The position numbers and the translations under genes are program-made. From a bacterium (GTDB lineage: Bacteria; SZUA-182; DTGQ01; JAFGSM01), in the NCBI GenBank assembly GCA_016934595.1, contig JAFGSM010000080.1:1000-64999 (forward strand): a stretch of DNA of 64,000 nucleotides, given 5' to 3'. Of the stretch, positions 47,766 to 57,628 are shown one piece after another; the stretch's first letter is position 1; each line of letters opens with the position of its first letter. The notes below the pieces were generated by a model. The model worked only from the letters and a program-made list of their open reading frames with translations. It was not told the DNA's origin and made no database searches.

Positions 47766-48590
47766 ATGGACAAAAACTTGCTTAAGATATCCTTCTCTGT
47801 CATCTTTATCCTGTGTGTATTATTATCTTCAGGATGTCAGTCTAATGATCTAAAAAATACCGTTCAAAAGGATCTGGATGACATCCAGAAACAAATATTT
47901 GAGATGCAGCAGGATCAGGCATATATAAACACAAAAGTCGAGCAGACATCCGCAAAGATTTCCCATATCAATGAACTTATGGATACTCAAGACAAGCGGA
48001 TAATGGAGATTTTACAGAGACAGGATGACATTGATAAAAATATAAAAACCTTGAGGGAAAAACCTGCGGCGCAATCAGCAGCGCAATCAGCAACGCAATC
48101 AAAAAAGTCAGAAATGCGATCAATAGATATGGATAAAGATATTGACGCTTATAAAAAGATCGCTTTTGACGCAAACCAAGATATGGATGTCTCAAAGGAG
48201 ATGTATTTAAGCCCAAGAAAGCTGTATGACAAAGCATTGGAGATGATATTTTCAGGGAAGATCGACCCTGCCATCCCTCTTCTAAATAAATATATCGAGC
48301 TTTATCCACGCACTGAGCTTGCAGACAATGCACAGTACTGGCTTGGGGAATCCTATTACAAGAAAGGAGATATTCAGAAGGCTATTCAGGAATTCAAAAA
48401 GGTTATGACCGATTATCCGAGTGGAAACAAGACCCCTGCGGCGCTTCTTAAATTAGGCTATGCATATTACGAAATCAAACAAATACCGCAATCCCTGGAA
48501 ACATTGGAGAGGGTCGTTAGGGAATTTCCAAATGATCCATCCAAGGTTTTGGCTCAAAAAAAGATAGACATTATTTTGTCAGAAAGGTGA
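47766..48590 (+). CDS. CpoB/YbgF-like TPR lipoprotein (coiled-coil + TPR)
   Basis: Signal peptide with lipobox LLSSGC, an N-terminal coiled coil, and C-terminal TPRs (AQYWLGESYYKKGDIQKAIQEFKKVMTDYPSGNKTPAALLKLGYAYYEIKQ) typical of YbgF. It contains an AAQSAAQSATQS tandem repeat. Confidence 0.55.
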   Translation: MDKNLLKISFSVIFILCVLLSSGCQSNDLKNTVQKDLDDIQKQIFEMQQDQAYINTKVEQTSAKISHINELMDTQDKRIMEILQRQDDIDKNIKTLREKPAAQSAAQSATQSKKSEMRSIDMDKDIDAYKKIAFDANQDMDVSKEMYLSPRKLYDKALEMIFSGKIDPAIPLLNKYIELYPRTELADNAQYWLGESYYKKGDIQKAIQEFKKVMTDYPSGNKTPAALLKLGYAYYEIKQIPQSLETLERVVREFPNDPSKVLAQKKIDIILSER

Positions 48591-48594
48591 ATAT

Positions 48595-49692
48595 ATGTTG
48601 GAAAAACTGCCTTTTAAAAATCTCATCAAGACGTTATCCGCTTTGTTTTATGTTTTTGTTCTATCCATCCTTTTCGTTAATTCGTTAAATATCGCCCGAG
48701 CCCAAGAAGCGAAATCAGTTTCAGACATATATATCGTGACGGAAGGAGACACCTTATGGGACATATCAGCCAGATTTTTTGGCGATCCCTTCCTTTGGCC
48801 AAGCCTGTGGCAAAAAAATCCACAGGTCAATGACCCTCACTGGATATACCCAGGACAAATCATCTACCTGAAAGAATCTCCCCTGGCGGTTTCTAAACCC
48901 AGCCCAATCAAGCCCCTTAAAACATCCCTTGAAAAAGAGGCTATTGAAACAAAGGCCGTGGCCATCGAAGATTCTCTAACTGCCAAAACCCGTTATGATA
49001 TCTCGCAGGACAAGATGGATAGCTGCAGCTATATAATCCCTGTCTCGGTTTTTAATCAAAGGCAGAAAGAAGAAGGTTCCGGCAAGATCACCAACAGCAA
49101 AGAAGAAAAAATAAGCCTCAGTTATCTTGATCATGTCTATATAGATTTGGGTGAAGGAAAGGTCAAACCTGGGCAAATCATGAGCATATTTAGGGCCGAA
49201 TATGACACAAATGGCCTTAAAGGACTAAATGAGCCCCATTGCATGATACGCATCCTTGGAAAGGCAAAGGTATTAGAGGTGCAAGATAATATGAGCTTGG
49301 CCGAGATCATAAAATCCTATCATGCAATATCCATAGGGGATATGCTAACGCCTTATCAAGCGATGCCCAAACCCGTCCTTAAACCTCCGAAGGTAAAAGA
49401 CCTGGATGGTTCAATAGTTGCGAGCGAGGAACCAAAGGAATATCTTTCCGATTTTGATACCGTTTTTTTAAATTTAGGGAAAAGGGATGGATTGGAATCC
49501 GGAAATCCTCTTGAAATATACCGTCTGAAGCAAATTAAGACGGGAGCAAACGATAAAACGGGAGATTTGATTGTTGTTCCGCTTGGCGAAGTCCTTGTAT
49601 TAAAAACCGAGGATGGCACTTCAACAGGGATGGTCACCAAAAGCATTCAGCCTGTCCTGCTTGGAGACAGAATAAGGGTTTATCAGGATTAA
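48595..49692 (+). CDS. LysM-domain peptidoglycan-binding protein
   Basis: Signal peptide, then the LysM motif IYIVTEGDTLWDISARFFGD...LWQKNPQV...PGQIIYL. Confidence 0.65.
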   Translation: MLEKLPFKNLIKTLSALFYVFVLSILFVNSLNIARAQEAKSVSDIYIVTEGDTLWDISARFFGDPFLWPSLWQKNPQVNDPHWIYPGQIIYLKESPLAVSKPSPIKPLKTSLEKEAIETKAVAIEDSLTAKTRYDISQDKMDSCSYIIPVSVFNQRQKEEGSGKITNSKEEKISLSYLDHVYIDLGEGKVKPGQIMSIFRAEYDTNGLKGLNEPHCMIRILGKAKVLEVQDNMSLAEIIKSYHAISIGDMLTPYQAMPKPVLKPPKVKDLDGSIVASEEPKEYLSDFDTVFLNLGKRDGLESGNPLEIYRLKQIKTGANDKTGDLIVVPLGEVLVLKTEDGTSTGMVTKSIQPVLLGDRIRVYQD

Positions 49693-49726
49693 ACCCTCAT
49701 GAACAAAAGTTGTTCGCACCAGAGGA

Positions 49727-49762
49727 TGAAAATGTATTTTCATGGTAAAAGGCGTGGTTCAA
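49727..49762. promoter_or_regulatory. Short member of the structured repeat family, placed as a bidirectional terminator-like hairpin between convergent genes
   Basis: CACCAGAGGATGAAAATgtATTTTCATGGTAAAAGG contains an 8-bp perfect palindrome (ATGAAAAT/ATTTTCAT). It shares the CAC.A..GG.ATGAAAAT-ATTTTCA.G..AAAA frame of the repeat family. Confidence 0.45.
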
Positions 49763-49766
49763 TCAC

Positions 49767-51767
49767 CTAATTTTTTGTATCCACTCCGTCACTATCAAAT
49801 ATGATTGCCGGACTTTTATCCATTTGCCGATCCAAGACCTGTATAAATGCATGAACAACCTTGGGGTCAAATTGGGTACCTGCGCATCGCCTGAGTTCCT
49901 CTATGGCAGCTTCATGACTTTTTGCCTTTCTATAAGGGCGATCGGATGTCATCGCATCATATGAGTCAGCCACGGATAATATCTTTGTTTCTATAGAAAT
50001 ATCCGAAGGCCCAAGGCCGTCTGGATAGCCTTTGCCGTCATATCTTTCATGATGGTGACGGATACCGTCCTTTACATCCTTTAAAAAGTCTATATGGTCT
50101 ATAATCCTGCTGCCTATCTGGGAATGCTCACGAATAATCTTGATCTCTTCAGGAGTCAGGTTTATAGTCTTGTGAAGGATATTCAGGCTTACGCCGATCT
50201 TGCCTACATCATGAAGAATGCCTGCGTGCCGAATGACCTCCAGGCTTTTTTCGCCAAGATTTAGAGACCTGCCGACTTCCAGCGACAGGCGTGTAACCCT
50301 TTCGGAATGTCCATATGTATAGGGGTCTTTTGCTTCTATGGCATTTACCAGCGCCCTTATCGCATCAAAATAACTCTTCTTAAGATCTCTGTACAGATTG
50401 GAGTTTTCAAGGGCCACCGCCGCTTCACATGAAATAGTAGTAAGAAGTTCCAAGTCGCTTACAGAAAAGGCGCATCCGTCATCCCTGTCTATCATCCCAA
50501 TGATCCCTATTATCTTTCCCTTGGCCTGAAGGGGGGCATAGAGTACAGTTTTAGGGATGTATGTCCTGTCACCGTTACCTAAAAACCGGCCGTCTGCTTT
50601 GAAATCCGGCAAAAGCAACGCCTTTTCACTTTCAAACACATATTTCGCTATCTTTCTGTGTATCGAATCCTCCCAGAATTCCTTTCCTTTATCTGCGCAC
50701 ACCAGACATTTCAGTTCTATCTCGCCTGTGTTCCTCTCAACTACCGATATGAGCCCCGCCTTTGCATGCACAATAGCCGATGTCATCTTAAGGATCGAGT
50801 CCAAAAGGGTGTCTATATCCAGCACCGAATTTATATCTTTGCCGATATTATTAAGCGTCGTCAAGATGTTTAATGTCCTCTGTAACAAACGGTTTTTTTC
50901 TTCTATCTGAGATTTATACTTTAATTCTTCCTCTGCTTTTACAAGGGCATTCTCCTTCTTCAGGTCTTCTTCGTGAAGGCTGTTTATCTCCTTGATCATA
51001 AAGTTGAATGTATTGCCTAATTCTCCGATTTCATCTTCGGTATCAACCTTGACCCTTGCATGCCAATCGCCGTTCCTAACGATATCCATAATCCTGATTA
51101 ATCTTCTAACCGGACGGTCAACTAAATGCCCTAAAATGAAGTATATGGATATAGAAATAAGCAACAATGTGAAGACTGCGGAGATAATCATAAAGACGCG
51201 TGTGGCGATTATCGGAACGCTCATCCATGCAATAGACACATTGACATCCAGGACGCCCATTATGTTTTCATCTTTTGTATGGCACTCATAGCATGGAGGC
51301 TTGCCTTCAATAGGCTTGAGCATGGATATGAGCCTTCTTTCGAGATCGATATGAACGACCTCCCGCTGCCCGTTTCTGATCATATTTAAATTAGGCAATT
51401 CTGTCTTCTGTCCTTCTTCATCCATCTTTGCAGAGATCAATATAAGCCCATCCTCAGTAACTATACGAAGATCCCTCATATCGCTCTCAGATCCGATAGT
51501 GAACAACAGGTCCCTTACATCATCATGTTTGCCTATCAACATTGAATGGACAATACTGTTCTCTATTGTCTCAGTTAAAAGGATTGCCCTGCGGCGGGAA
51601 TTGTCCAAAAATTGCCTGGTCTGCATGTATATGCTGATATAGGTCGAGGAGCCTATCCATATAACAAGAATAAGAAACATGAAAAGGATCACTTTGAGAT
51701 AAAGCCGCCTTTTTATATAGTTATGAAGGGAAAAGATAAAATGTCTGATTGTGTTTTTAATCTTCAC
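49767..51767 (-). CDS. Membrane sensor protein: periplasmic domain with a c-type heme-binding CxxCH motif, then HAMP, GAF and an HD-GYP c-di-GMP phosphodiesterase domain
   Basis: Two TM helices bracket a roughly 150-aa periplasmic domain containing PPCYECHTKDEN. HAMP-like coiled coils and a GAF domain follow. The HD-GYP motifs are HDVGKIGV, HHERYDGKGYPDGL and a conserved metal-binding HD. Confidence 0.75.
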   Translation of the reverse strand: MKIKNTIRHFIFSLHNYIKRRLYLKVILFMFLILVIWIGSSTYISIYMQTRQFLDNSRRRAILLTETIENSIVHSMLIGKHDDVRDLLFTIGSESDMRDLRIVTEDGLILISAKMDEEGQKTELPNLNMIRNGQREVVHIDLERRLISMLKPIEGKPPCYECHTKDENIMGVLDVNVSIAWMSVPIIATRVFMIISAVFTLLLISISIYFILGHLVDRPVRRLIRIMDIVRNGDWHARVKVDTEDEIGELGNTFNFMIKEINSLHEEDLKKENALVKAEEELKYKSQIEEKNRLLQRTLNILTTLNNIGKDINSVLDIDTLLDSILKMTSAIVHAKAGLISVVERNTGEIELKCLVCADKGKEFWEDSIHRKIAKYVFESEKALLLPDFKADGRFLGNGDRTYIPKTVLYAPLQAKGKIIGIIGMIDRDDGCAFSVSDLELLTTISCEAAVALENSNLYRDLKKSYFDAIRALVNAIEAKDPYTYGHSERVTRLSLEVGRSLNLGEKSLEVIRHAGILHDVGKIGVSLNILHKTINLTPEEIKIIREHSQIGSRIIDHIDFLKDVKDGIRHHHERYDGKGYPDGLGPSDISIETKILSVADSYDAMTSDRPYRKAKSHEAAIEELRRCAGTQFDPKVVHAFIQVLDRQMDKSPAIIFDSDGVDTKN

Positions 51768-51993
51768 TAACTTGTCCTCTTATCTTTATAAATCGGCTTT
51801 TTGCCCGTTGATGAACTAAAATCAGGATAATATGACATATAACTTTTTCTATTTGACATTATGGATAGACAAAACTATACTGTCAAATGGAATAAGTGTT
51901 TTCATTTAAAGCGACCCTGTTGTTTTTTGTTTTCAAAAATATCTCATTAAACATCCAAGACTATAAATATTTAAAATAGTCATAAACAAGCAC

Positions 51994-52038
51994 GAAAATA
52001 GATTTGATGCTGTTCTGGACAGGATCAAATCTATTTTC
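51994..52038. promoter_or_regulatory. 15-bp perfect inverted repeat (GAAAATAGATTTGAT-15nt-ATCAAATCTATTTTC) with a palindromic loop, 13 nt upstream of the HIT gene start
   Basis: Read directly. The loop GCTGTTCTGGACAGG is itself palindromic (CTGTTC/GGACAG). The flanks (CAC..., ...AAATTAAAA) resemble the dispersed repeat family frame. Confidence 0.4.
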
Positions 52039-52050
52039 AAATTAAAAAAT

Positions 52051-52548
52051 ATGAATATTGCCTGGGCGCCCTGGCGGATGGATTATATCCAAAGTGAATC
52101 ACCTGATGGATGTATATTCTGCAGTAAATTTTCCGAATCCAAAGATAGAGAAAATTTTATACTCTATCGGGGCGATTCGGGGTTTGTTATGCTTAATATC
52201 TATCCGTATAACAACGGCCATATAATGATTGCCCCGATAAGGCACATAGGGGATATAACCCTTTTGGAGAAAAAGGAGATTTGCGAGATGATGTGTCTTG
52301 TCCAAAAATGTGTTGCTATTTTATCCCTGGTTTATAAACCAGGGGGTTTTAACATAGGCATGAATCTTGGGACAGTCGCGGGGGCAGGGATAGCGGATCA
52401 TTTGCATATACATATAGTTCCCAGATGGCAAGGGGATACTAATTTTATGCCTGTGTTGGCCGACACAAAGGTAATGCCGCAATGCTTAAAAAACACCTAT
52501 GAGTGCCTGTTTGGGCACTTTTCCAGTATAAATAATCTAAATAAATAA
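52051..52548 (+). CDS. HIT-family hydrolase (histidine triad)
   Basis: The histidine triad DHLHIHIVPRW is present, with an N-terminal CxxC. Confidence 0.75.
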   Translation: MNIAWAPWRMDYIQSESPDGCIFCSKFSESKDRENFILYRGDSGFVMLNIYPYNNGHIMIAPIRHIGDITLLEKKEICEMMCLVQKCVAILSLVYKPGGFNIGMNLGTVAGAGIADHLHIHIVPRWQGDTNFMPVLADTKVMPQCLKNTYECLFGHFSSINNLNK

Positions 52549-52566
52549 AGATAAGGAGATAATTCA

Positions 52567-52899
52567 ATGCAAGTTCTAAAGATGATATTATTTATACTCC
52601 TTGTGGTGCTTGTAGTCACCTTCGTGCTTCAAAATCAATGGATAATACAGGAAAGATTCTCTGTGAGATACTTTTTATATGAAACTGTCCCCATATCTTT
52701 GTCTATTATACTGCTGATCACCTTTTCCCTTGGCGCGTTTCTTTGCGCATGCTGTTATATTATAAAAAACAACAAATTGAAAAGGCTCCTAAATCAGCAT
52801 AAAAAAAAGATAAAACAGATGGAGAAGGAGCTTGTCTCTCTAAGGAACCTTCCTATAACTGAAGATCAAAAAAGGGAAACGCCTATCCAGGCTGGCTGA
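52567..52899 (+). CDS. lapA: LapA-like inner-membrane protein (DUF1049)
   Basis: Two TM helices followed by a basic coiled-coil tail. It lies directly upstream of a LapB-like gene with a 2-nt gap. Confidence 0.55.
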   Translation: MQVLKMILFILLVVLVVTFVLQNQWIIQERFSVRYFLYETVPISLSIILLITFSLGAFLCACCYIIKNNKLKRLLNQHKKKIKQMEKELVSLRNLPITEDQKRETPIQAG

Positions 52900-52900
52900 T

Positions 52901-54070
52901 ATGTCGTTTTATATTTTATCAATCATATTCGCATGCATAGCCCTTTTTATCGGGATATTAGTGGGCCGTTATTTGATTCCATCATCATCACAACCAGAGC
53001 CACTTGATGCCCTTGAAATGGAAAAGGGGGCTTATATCAAGGGTTTAAAATACATCATCTCCAACGAGCCTGATAAGGCCATTGCGGAATTCACCCGCGC
53101 AGTTCAAATAAACTCTGATACGGTTGAAATCTATATCAATCTTGGAAATCTCTTTAGGGAAAAGGGTGAAATTGAGAGGGCTATAAGGATACATCAAAGC
53201 ATACTGCTCAGACCCAAACTCAGTCAATCGGTCAAAGAATCCGCTCTTATGGATCTGGGCCTTGACTACTCGGCTGCCGGTCTTTTTGACCGGGCTATCA
53301 GCACGTTTCAACAGCTCATATCCCTGAATCCCGACAATCCTCAAGCACACAGAGAGCTTGAAAAACTCTATGAGGAAGAAGCAGAGTGGGAAAATGCCTT
53401 TGATGAGGCCAAAAAATATAAAAGAATGTCCGGTTCCGATGCCTCTTCTCTGTTGGCTCATATTATCACAGAGCTGGGAAAAGAGTTGTATAACAAAAAT
53501 GAAAACAATCAGGCTATTAAGGAACTAAAACGGGCTATAAGCATTAATAAAAATTCCACAGAGGCATATCTGATACTTGGCGATATATTTTTTTCCGAGG
53601 GAAAACTCGGCCATGCCATAGCTGCGTGGGAAAAGATCATACATCTTAACCTCCCTTTTAGCTATTTTGCGTATGAAAAATTGGAGAAGGCATATCTAAA
53701 AAAAGGGGACTATGATCATATAGAACAAATCTACAGAGAGGTTCTTGCCAAAAGGCCTGATGATTTTACCACCCGAATCATACTTGCGGAATATTATCAA
53801 AAGAAGGGGCTAAGCAATAAGGCCGTCAAAGAACTACGGGATGCCATAAGGTTTAAGCCCAAATCCTTAACCATTAGAAAAAAGCTTGGCGAGATATTGT
53901 TGAAGGAAGACCTCAAAGACGCAATCCGCAATGAATATCAGGCTTTGATTGAAGAAATGAAAGGGCAAAGGATTTACTCCTGCAGTAAATGCGGTTATCA
54001 GGGAATAGATTTTATATGGAAGTGTCCCCAATGCAAAGAATGGGACACCTTTGTTGAAGAAGATACATGA
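52901..54070 (+). CDS. lapB: LapB/YciM-like TPR protein with a C-terminal rubredoxin-type zinc ribbon
   Basis: N-terminal TM, multiple TPRs, and C-terminal CSKCGYQGIDFIWKCPQCKEWDTF (CxxC...CxxC), as in LapB. Confidence 0.8.
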   Translation: MSFYILSIIFACIALFIGILVGRYLIPSSSQPEPLDALEMEKGAYIKGLKYIISNEPDKAIAEFTRAVQINSDTVEIYINLGNLFREKGEIERAIRIHQSILLRPKLSQSVKESALMDLGLDYSAAGLFDRAISTFQQLISLNPDNPQAHRELEKLYEEEAEWENAFDEAKKYKRMSGSDASSLLAHIITELGKELYNKNENNQAIKELKRAISINKNSTEAYLILGDIFFSEGKLGHAIAAWEKIIHLNLPFSYFAYEKLEKAYLKKGDYDHIEQIYREVLAKRPDDFTTRIILAEYYQKKGLSNKAVKELRDAIRFKPKSLTIRKKLGEILLKEDLKDAIRNEYQALIEEMKGQRIYSCSKCGYQGIDFIWKCPQCKEWDTFVEEDT

Positions 54071-56690
54071 AATGGGCAACAGTGAAACCCCTTTGATGAA
54101 GCAATATGCCTCCATCAAGGCCGAATATCCTGAGCATATATTATTTTTTAGACTTGGCGACTTTTATGAGATGTTTGATCAGGATGCAGTCACGGCCTCA
54201 AAAATACTCAACATCACGCTTACAACAAGAGACAAGAAAAAAGAGGATGCAGTCCCTCTATGTGGAGTCCCTTATCATTCTGCCAATACATATATAAAAC
54301 GGCTCCTTCAAAATGGCTTCAGGGTAGCCATATGTGAACAGATAGAAGATCCCAAGATTTCAAAGGGTATCGTCAAACGCGATGTTGTCCGCCTGGTAAC
54401 ACCGGGCACCGTTTTTGAAACCGACCTGCTAAACGAAAAGGAACACAATTTCCTTGCAGGCATTTATCTTGAAGAAAACGGCATGGGGATATCCTTTTTA
54501 GACCTGACTACAGGAGAGTTCAGGACAACTCAACACACGGGCAAAGACTATCTTGCCCGGCTGAGGGGCGAGATAAGCCGAATGGACCCAAAAGAGATAG
54601 TCATACCCCGGGATTATAAAACCGATAAAAATATAGCGACAATCCTCGATTCGTTTTCCATTCAATTAAGCCGTATTGATATTGATAGCCTTGGGTTTGA
54701 AGAAGCAGCCGAAAGATTAAAATCCTTTTATGGAATACCACAGGCAGAAGGGATGGGCCTGAATGACAAGCCTTTTGCTTGTATTGCCTCGGCGTATCTT
54801 ATTGAATACCTTAAGATGTCGCAAAAGAGGCCCCTTTTTCATATCAAACCCCCTCATCTTTACGGCCTTGGTGACATCATGATCCTTGACCATACAACTC
54901 TTATGAATCTTGAACTGGTAAGATCCATGGACCCAGGGACAAAAGGTGGAACGCTCTTAGAGATAATCGATCAGACATCCACCCCTATGGGGGCCAGATG
55001 CCTTAAAGACTGGGTACTGCATCCATTGATTGATTGTGATTCCATCCAAAAAAGGCTCGATGCAGTAGAGGAATTGTTATGCAATCAAGACACAAGATCG
55101 AGGATCAGTGGCCTTTTAACGGGCATATTCGACCTGGAAAGGATATGCGGACGCATTTCCCTTGGAATCGTATCGTCACAAAACATGCTTGCTTTAAAGT
55201 CAAGCATCCCTCTAATACAGGAAATCCGGAAAGAGGCTTCTGCATTTGAGTCGCCCCTTCTTAAGGAAGAAAATGAAAGATGTCATCCTCTTCAGGAGGT
55301 TTATGACCTGATAAACAATACATTGGCTGACGACAATCCATATAGCCAGCAAAAGACCGGCCTTATAAAAAGAAACGTAAATGAAGAACTTGACCGGCTT
55401 TACGATATTTCCCGGAATGGAAAGGAATGGATTTCACGCCTTGAGGCAAAGGAGCGAAAAAGGACGGGAATAACCTCCCTTAAAATCGGTTATAATAAGA
55501 TATTCGGCTACTATATTGAGGTTACCAAGGCCAATCTGCCTTATGTCCCTAATGAATACATACGCAAACAAACCATTGTAAACGGCGAACGATATATCAC
55601 GGAGGAATTAAAAAAACTCGAATACGAGATCCTGGGAGCTGAAGAAAAAATAATGGGGCTCGAAAAGGAAATCTTCGGCCAGCTCGTAAATGCCCTTATT
55701 ACATATCTATCTCTGATTCAGGAAACCGCTCAATCATTATCCAATTTGGATTGCCTTGTTTCGCTGGCTGAGGTGGCTGCAAAACACAACTACACCAAGC
55801 CCCAGATTGATTTGTCTTTGGAACTGGATATCAAACAGGGAAGGCATCCTGTTCTGGAGGCCGCAGAAAAGGAAAGGCCGTTTGTTCCTAATGATATCTT
55901 CATGGATTGTAAAGGGCAACAACTAATAATCCTTACAGGTCCAAATATGGCAGGGAAATCTACCTATATGCGTCAAGTCGCGCTTATAGTGCTTATGGCG
56001 CAAATAGGTTCATTTGTGCCCGCAAAGAAGGCCAAAATTGGCCTGGTAGACAGAATATTTACCAGAGTTGGGGCATCTGACAGGCTTTATAAAGGGCAGA
56101 GCACCTTTTTGGTAGAAATGATAGAAACAGCCAGTATTTTACACCAGGCCACACATAGAAGCCTTATAATATTGGACGAAATAGGAAGAGGTACAAGCAC
56201 CTATGATGGGATAAGCATCGCCTGGGCCGTTGCTGAATACATACATGATGATGAAAAGCTGGGGGCCAGAACACTTTTTGCCACACATTATCATGAGCTG
56301 ACCGAACTGTCTAATTGCCTCGAAAGGGCCAGAAATTTCACTATTGACGTCCATGAAGAAAACGGCAAGGTAATCTTTTTATACAATGTTATAGAAGGTG
56401 GAAGCGACAAAAGTTATGGGGTGCATGTCGCCGAACTGGCCGGCCTTCCAAGAAATGTTATAGAAAATGCCTACTCTATTTTGAATGAAATGGAATATAG
56501 AAGGGGCGTTGAGATTACCCAAATTAAATCGATACATAAGTATAAATTTGCCTCAAAACCTAAGCAGTTGGCCCTTTTTTCTGACCCCAAAGCAAATATA
56601 ATAAGAGATATCAAAGATCTTGATCCAACCAGACTATCTCCGCTTATGGCGCTAAAAAAAATAAACTCCTGGAAAAAAAACCTGACTTAA
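54051..56690 (+). CDS. mutS: DNA mismatch repair protein MutS
   Basis: Mismatch-binding N-terminus TPLMKQYASIKAEYPEHILFFRLGDFYEMF, ATPase Walker A GPNMAGKSTYMRQ, and STFLVEM...DEIGRGTSTYDG. The likely true start is MGNSETPLM (about 54072). Confidence 0.95.
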   Translation: MLKKIHEMGNSETPLMKQYASIKAEYPEHILFFRLGDFYEMFDQDAVTASKILNITLTTRDKKKEDAVPLCGVPYHSANTYIKRLLQNGFRVAICEQIEDPKISKGIVKRDVVRLVTPGTVFETDLLNEKEHNFLAGIYLEENGMGISFLDLTTGEFRTTQHTGKDYLARLRGEISRMDPKEIVIPRDYKTDKNIATILDSFSIQLSRIDIDSLGFEEAAERLKSFYGIPQAEGMGLNDKPFACIASAYLIEYLKMSQKRPLFHIKPPHLYGLGDIMILDHTTLMNLELVRSMDPGTKGGTLLEIIDQTSTPMGARCLKDWVLHPLIDCDSIQKRLDAVEELLCNQDTRSRISGLLTGIFDLERICGRISLGIVSSQNMLALKSSIPLIQEIRKEASAFESPLLKEENERCHPLQEVYDLINNTLADDNPYSQQKTGLIKRNVNEELDRLYDISRNGKEWISRLEAKERKRTGITSLKIGYNKIFGYYIEVTKANLPYVPNEYIRKQTIVNGERYITEELKKLEYEILGAEEKIMGLEKEIFGQLVNALITYLSLIQETAQSLSNLDCLVSLAEVAAKHNYTKPQIDLSLELDIKQGRHPVLEAAEKERPFVPNDIFMDCKGQQLIILTGPNMAGKSTYMRQVALIVLMAQIGSFVPAKKAKIGLVDRIFTRVGASDRLYKGQSTFLVEMIETASILHQATHRSLIILDEIGRGTSTYDGISIAWAVAEYIHDDEKLGARTLFATHYHELTELSNCLERARNFTIDVHEENGKVIFLYNVIEGGSDKSYGVHVAELAGLPRNVIENAYSILNEMEYRRGVEITQIKSIHKYKFASKPKQLALFSDPKANIIRDIKDLDPTRLSPLMALKKINSWKKNLT

Positions 56691-57628
56691 CGAAATATCT
56701 TTTTCCCCAGAATGGTCATCATAACCCAGAACATAAGGTTGCCAAACAATACCTCGGTAATGACCAGACACATGCCAAATATAGTTCGGGGCAGGATGTC
56801 TCCAAAACCCAGAGTTGTAAAGGTAACAACGCTGAAATAATAGCGCTCGACGACCCTGCTGAATCCGGTAAGTCCGCGATCCGTTTCAAGATATGTAAAA
56901 TAATAAAAACTTGCATAAAAAGTTATGACAAAAAGGCACCAGAGAACCCACCGTCCTACGCTTGTACCATAATTGCTGGTAAGCCCCCAAAACCAATACC
57001 AAACCTTTTTGATAGTGCTCGCATTTATTTTTGCCTTCCATTTGATATGCTCTATTGTAATGCTGTCGTATTCCTTAGAAAAATCCCTTTCATTCAGCAT
57101 GCGTAAAATCTTTTTATATTTTATATCTATAAGGTGGACACTTAATTTCTCAGCCTCGTCCGTTAGATTGCTCATGACCCCCGCTTGCCATTTTGGAATC
57201 AATTTAAATTGCCTGATCCCCTTGTTAAAAGCCTCGCGATGAAAATAGATGTCCTCGGGATTATTGAGATAACATTCCACTGCCCTGCAATATTCCAATC
57301 CAGCCAATTCATGCCAATTTTGTCCTGGCTGATTATTTTCGGCACATGCGACAAAGCACTCCGCTGATATAAAGTGAAAATTCCCTGCCCTGTCCCATTT
57401 GTTTCTGAATATCGACTCGTTTTGGCCTTCATGCCAGTTGGCTAAATTATGAAACAATCTTCCAGCCGATTCAAAATTTCGTAAAAGCTTTTCTCTTCTT
57501 GCTAGATCTTCCAATTCCCTGACTTCTTCAGGAATCACAGGTTCCAGATTTGAGCCCAAATAACTATCCGCCGGCATAAATTTACTGGTCTTGGTTATCC
57601 CCTGGCTTTTGACATCCATTTCGCTCAC
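56687..57628 (-). CDS. Two-TM potassium-channel-like pore protein (TTLGFGD selectivity filter) with a ~210-aa uncharacterised cytoplasmic N-terminal domain
   Basis: The C-terminal segment is ...WVLWCLFVITFYASFYYF...YYFSVVTFTTLGFGDILP...MCLVITEVLFG... (an Ion_trans_2-type pore). The N-terminal domain has no recognisable motif. Confidence 0.55.
   Translation of the reverse strand: MSEMDVKSQGITKTSKFMPADSYLGSNLEPVIPEEVRELEDLARREKLLRNFESAGRLFHNLANWHEGQNESIFRNKWDRAGNFHFISAECFVACAENNQPGQNWHELAGLEYCRAVECYLNNPEDIYFHREAFNKGIRQFKLIPKWQAGVMSNLTDEAEKLSVHLIDIKYKKILRMLNERDFSKEYDSITIEHIKWKAKINASTIKKVWYWFWGLTSNYGTSVGRWVLWCLFVITFYASFYYFTYLETDRGLTGFSRVVERYYFSVVTFTTLGFGDILPRTIFGMCLVITEVLFGNLMFWVMMTILGKKIFR

Noticed and set aside
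48060-48100. Tandem 12-bp repeat GCGCAATCAGCA x3
   Set aside because: It lies inside the CpoB/YbgF-like CDS and simply encodes an AAQSAAQSATQS linker. It is not a separate feature.
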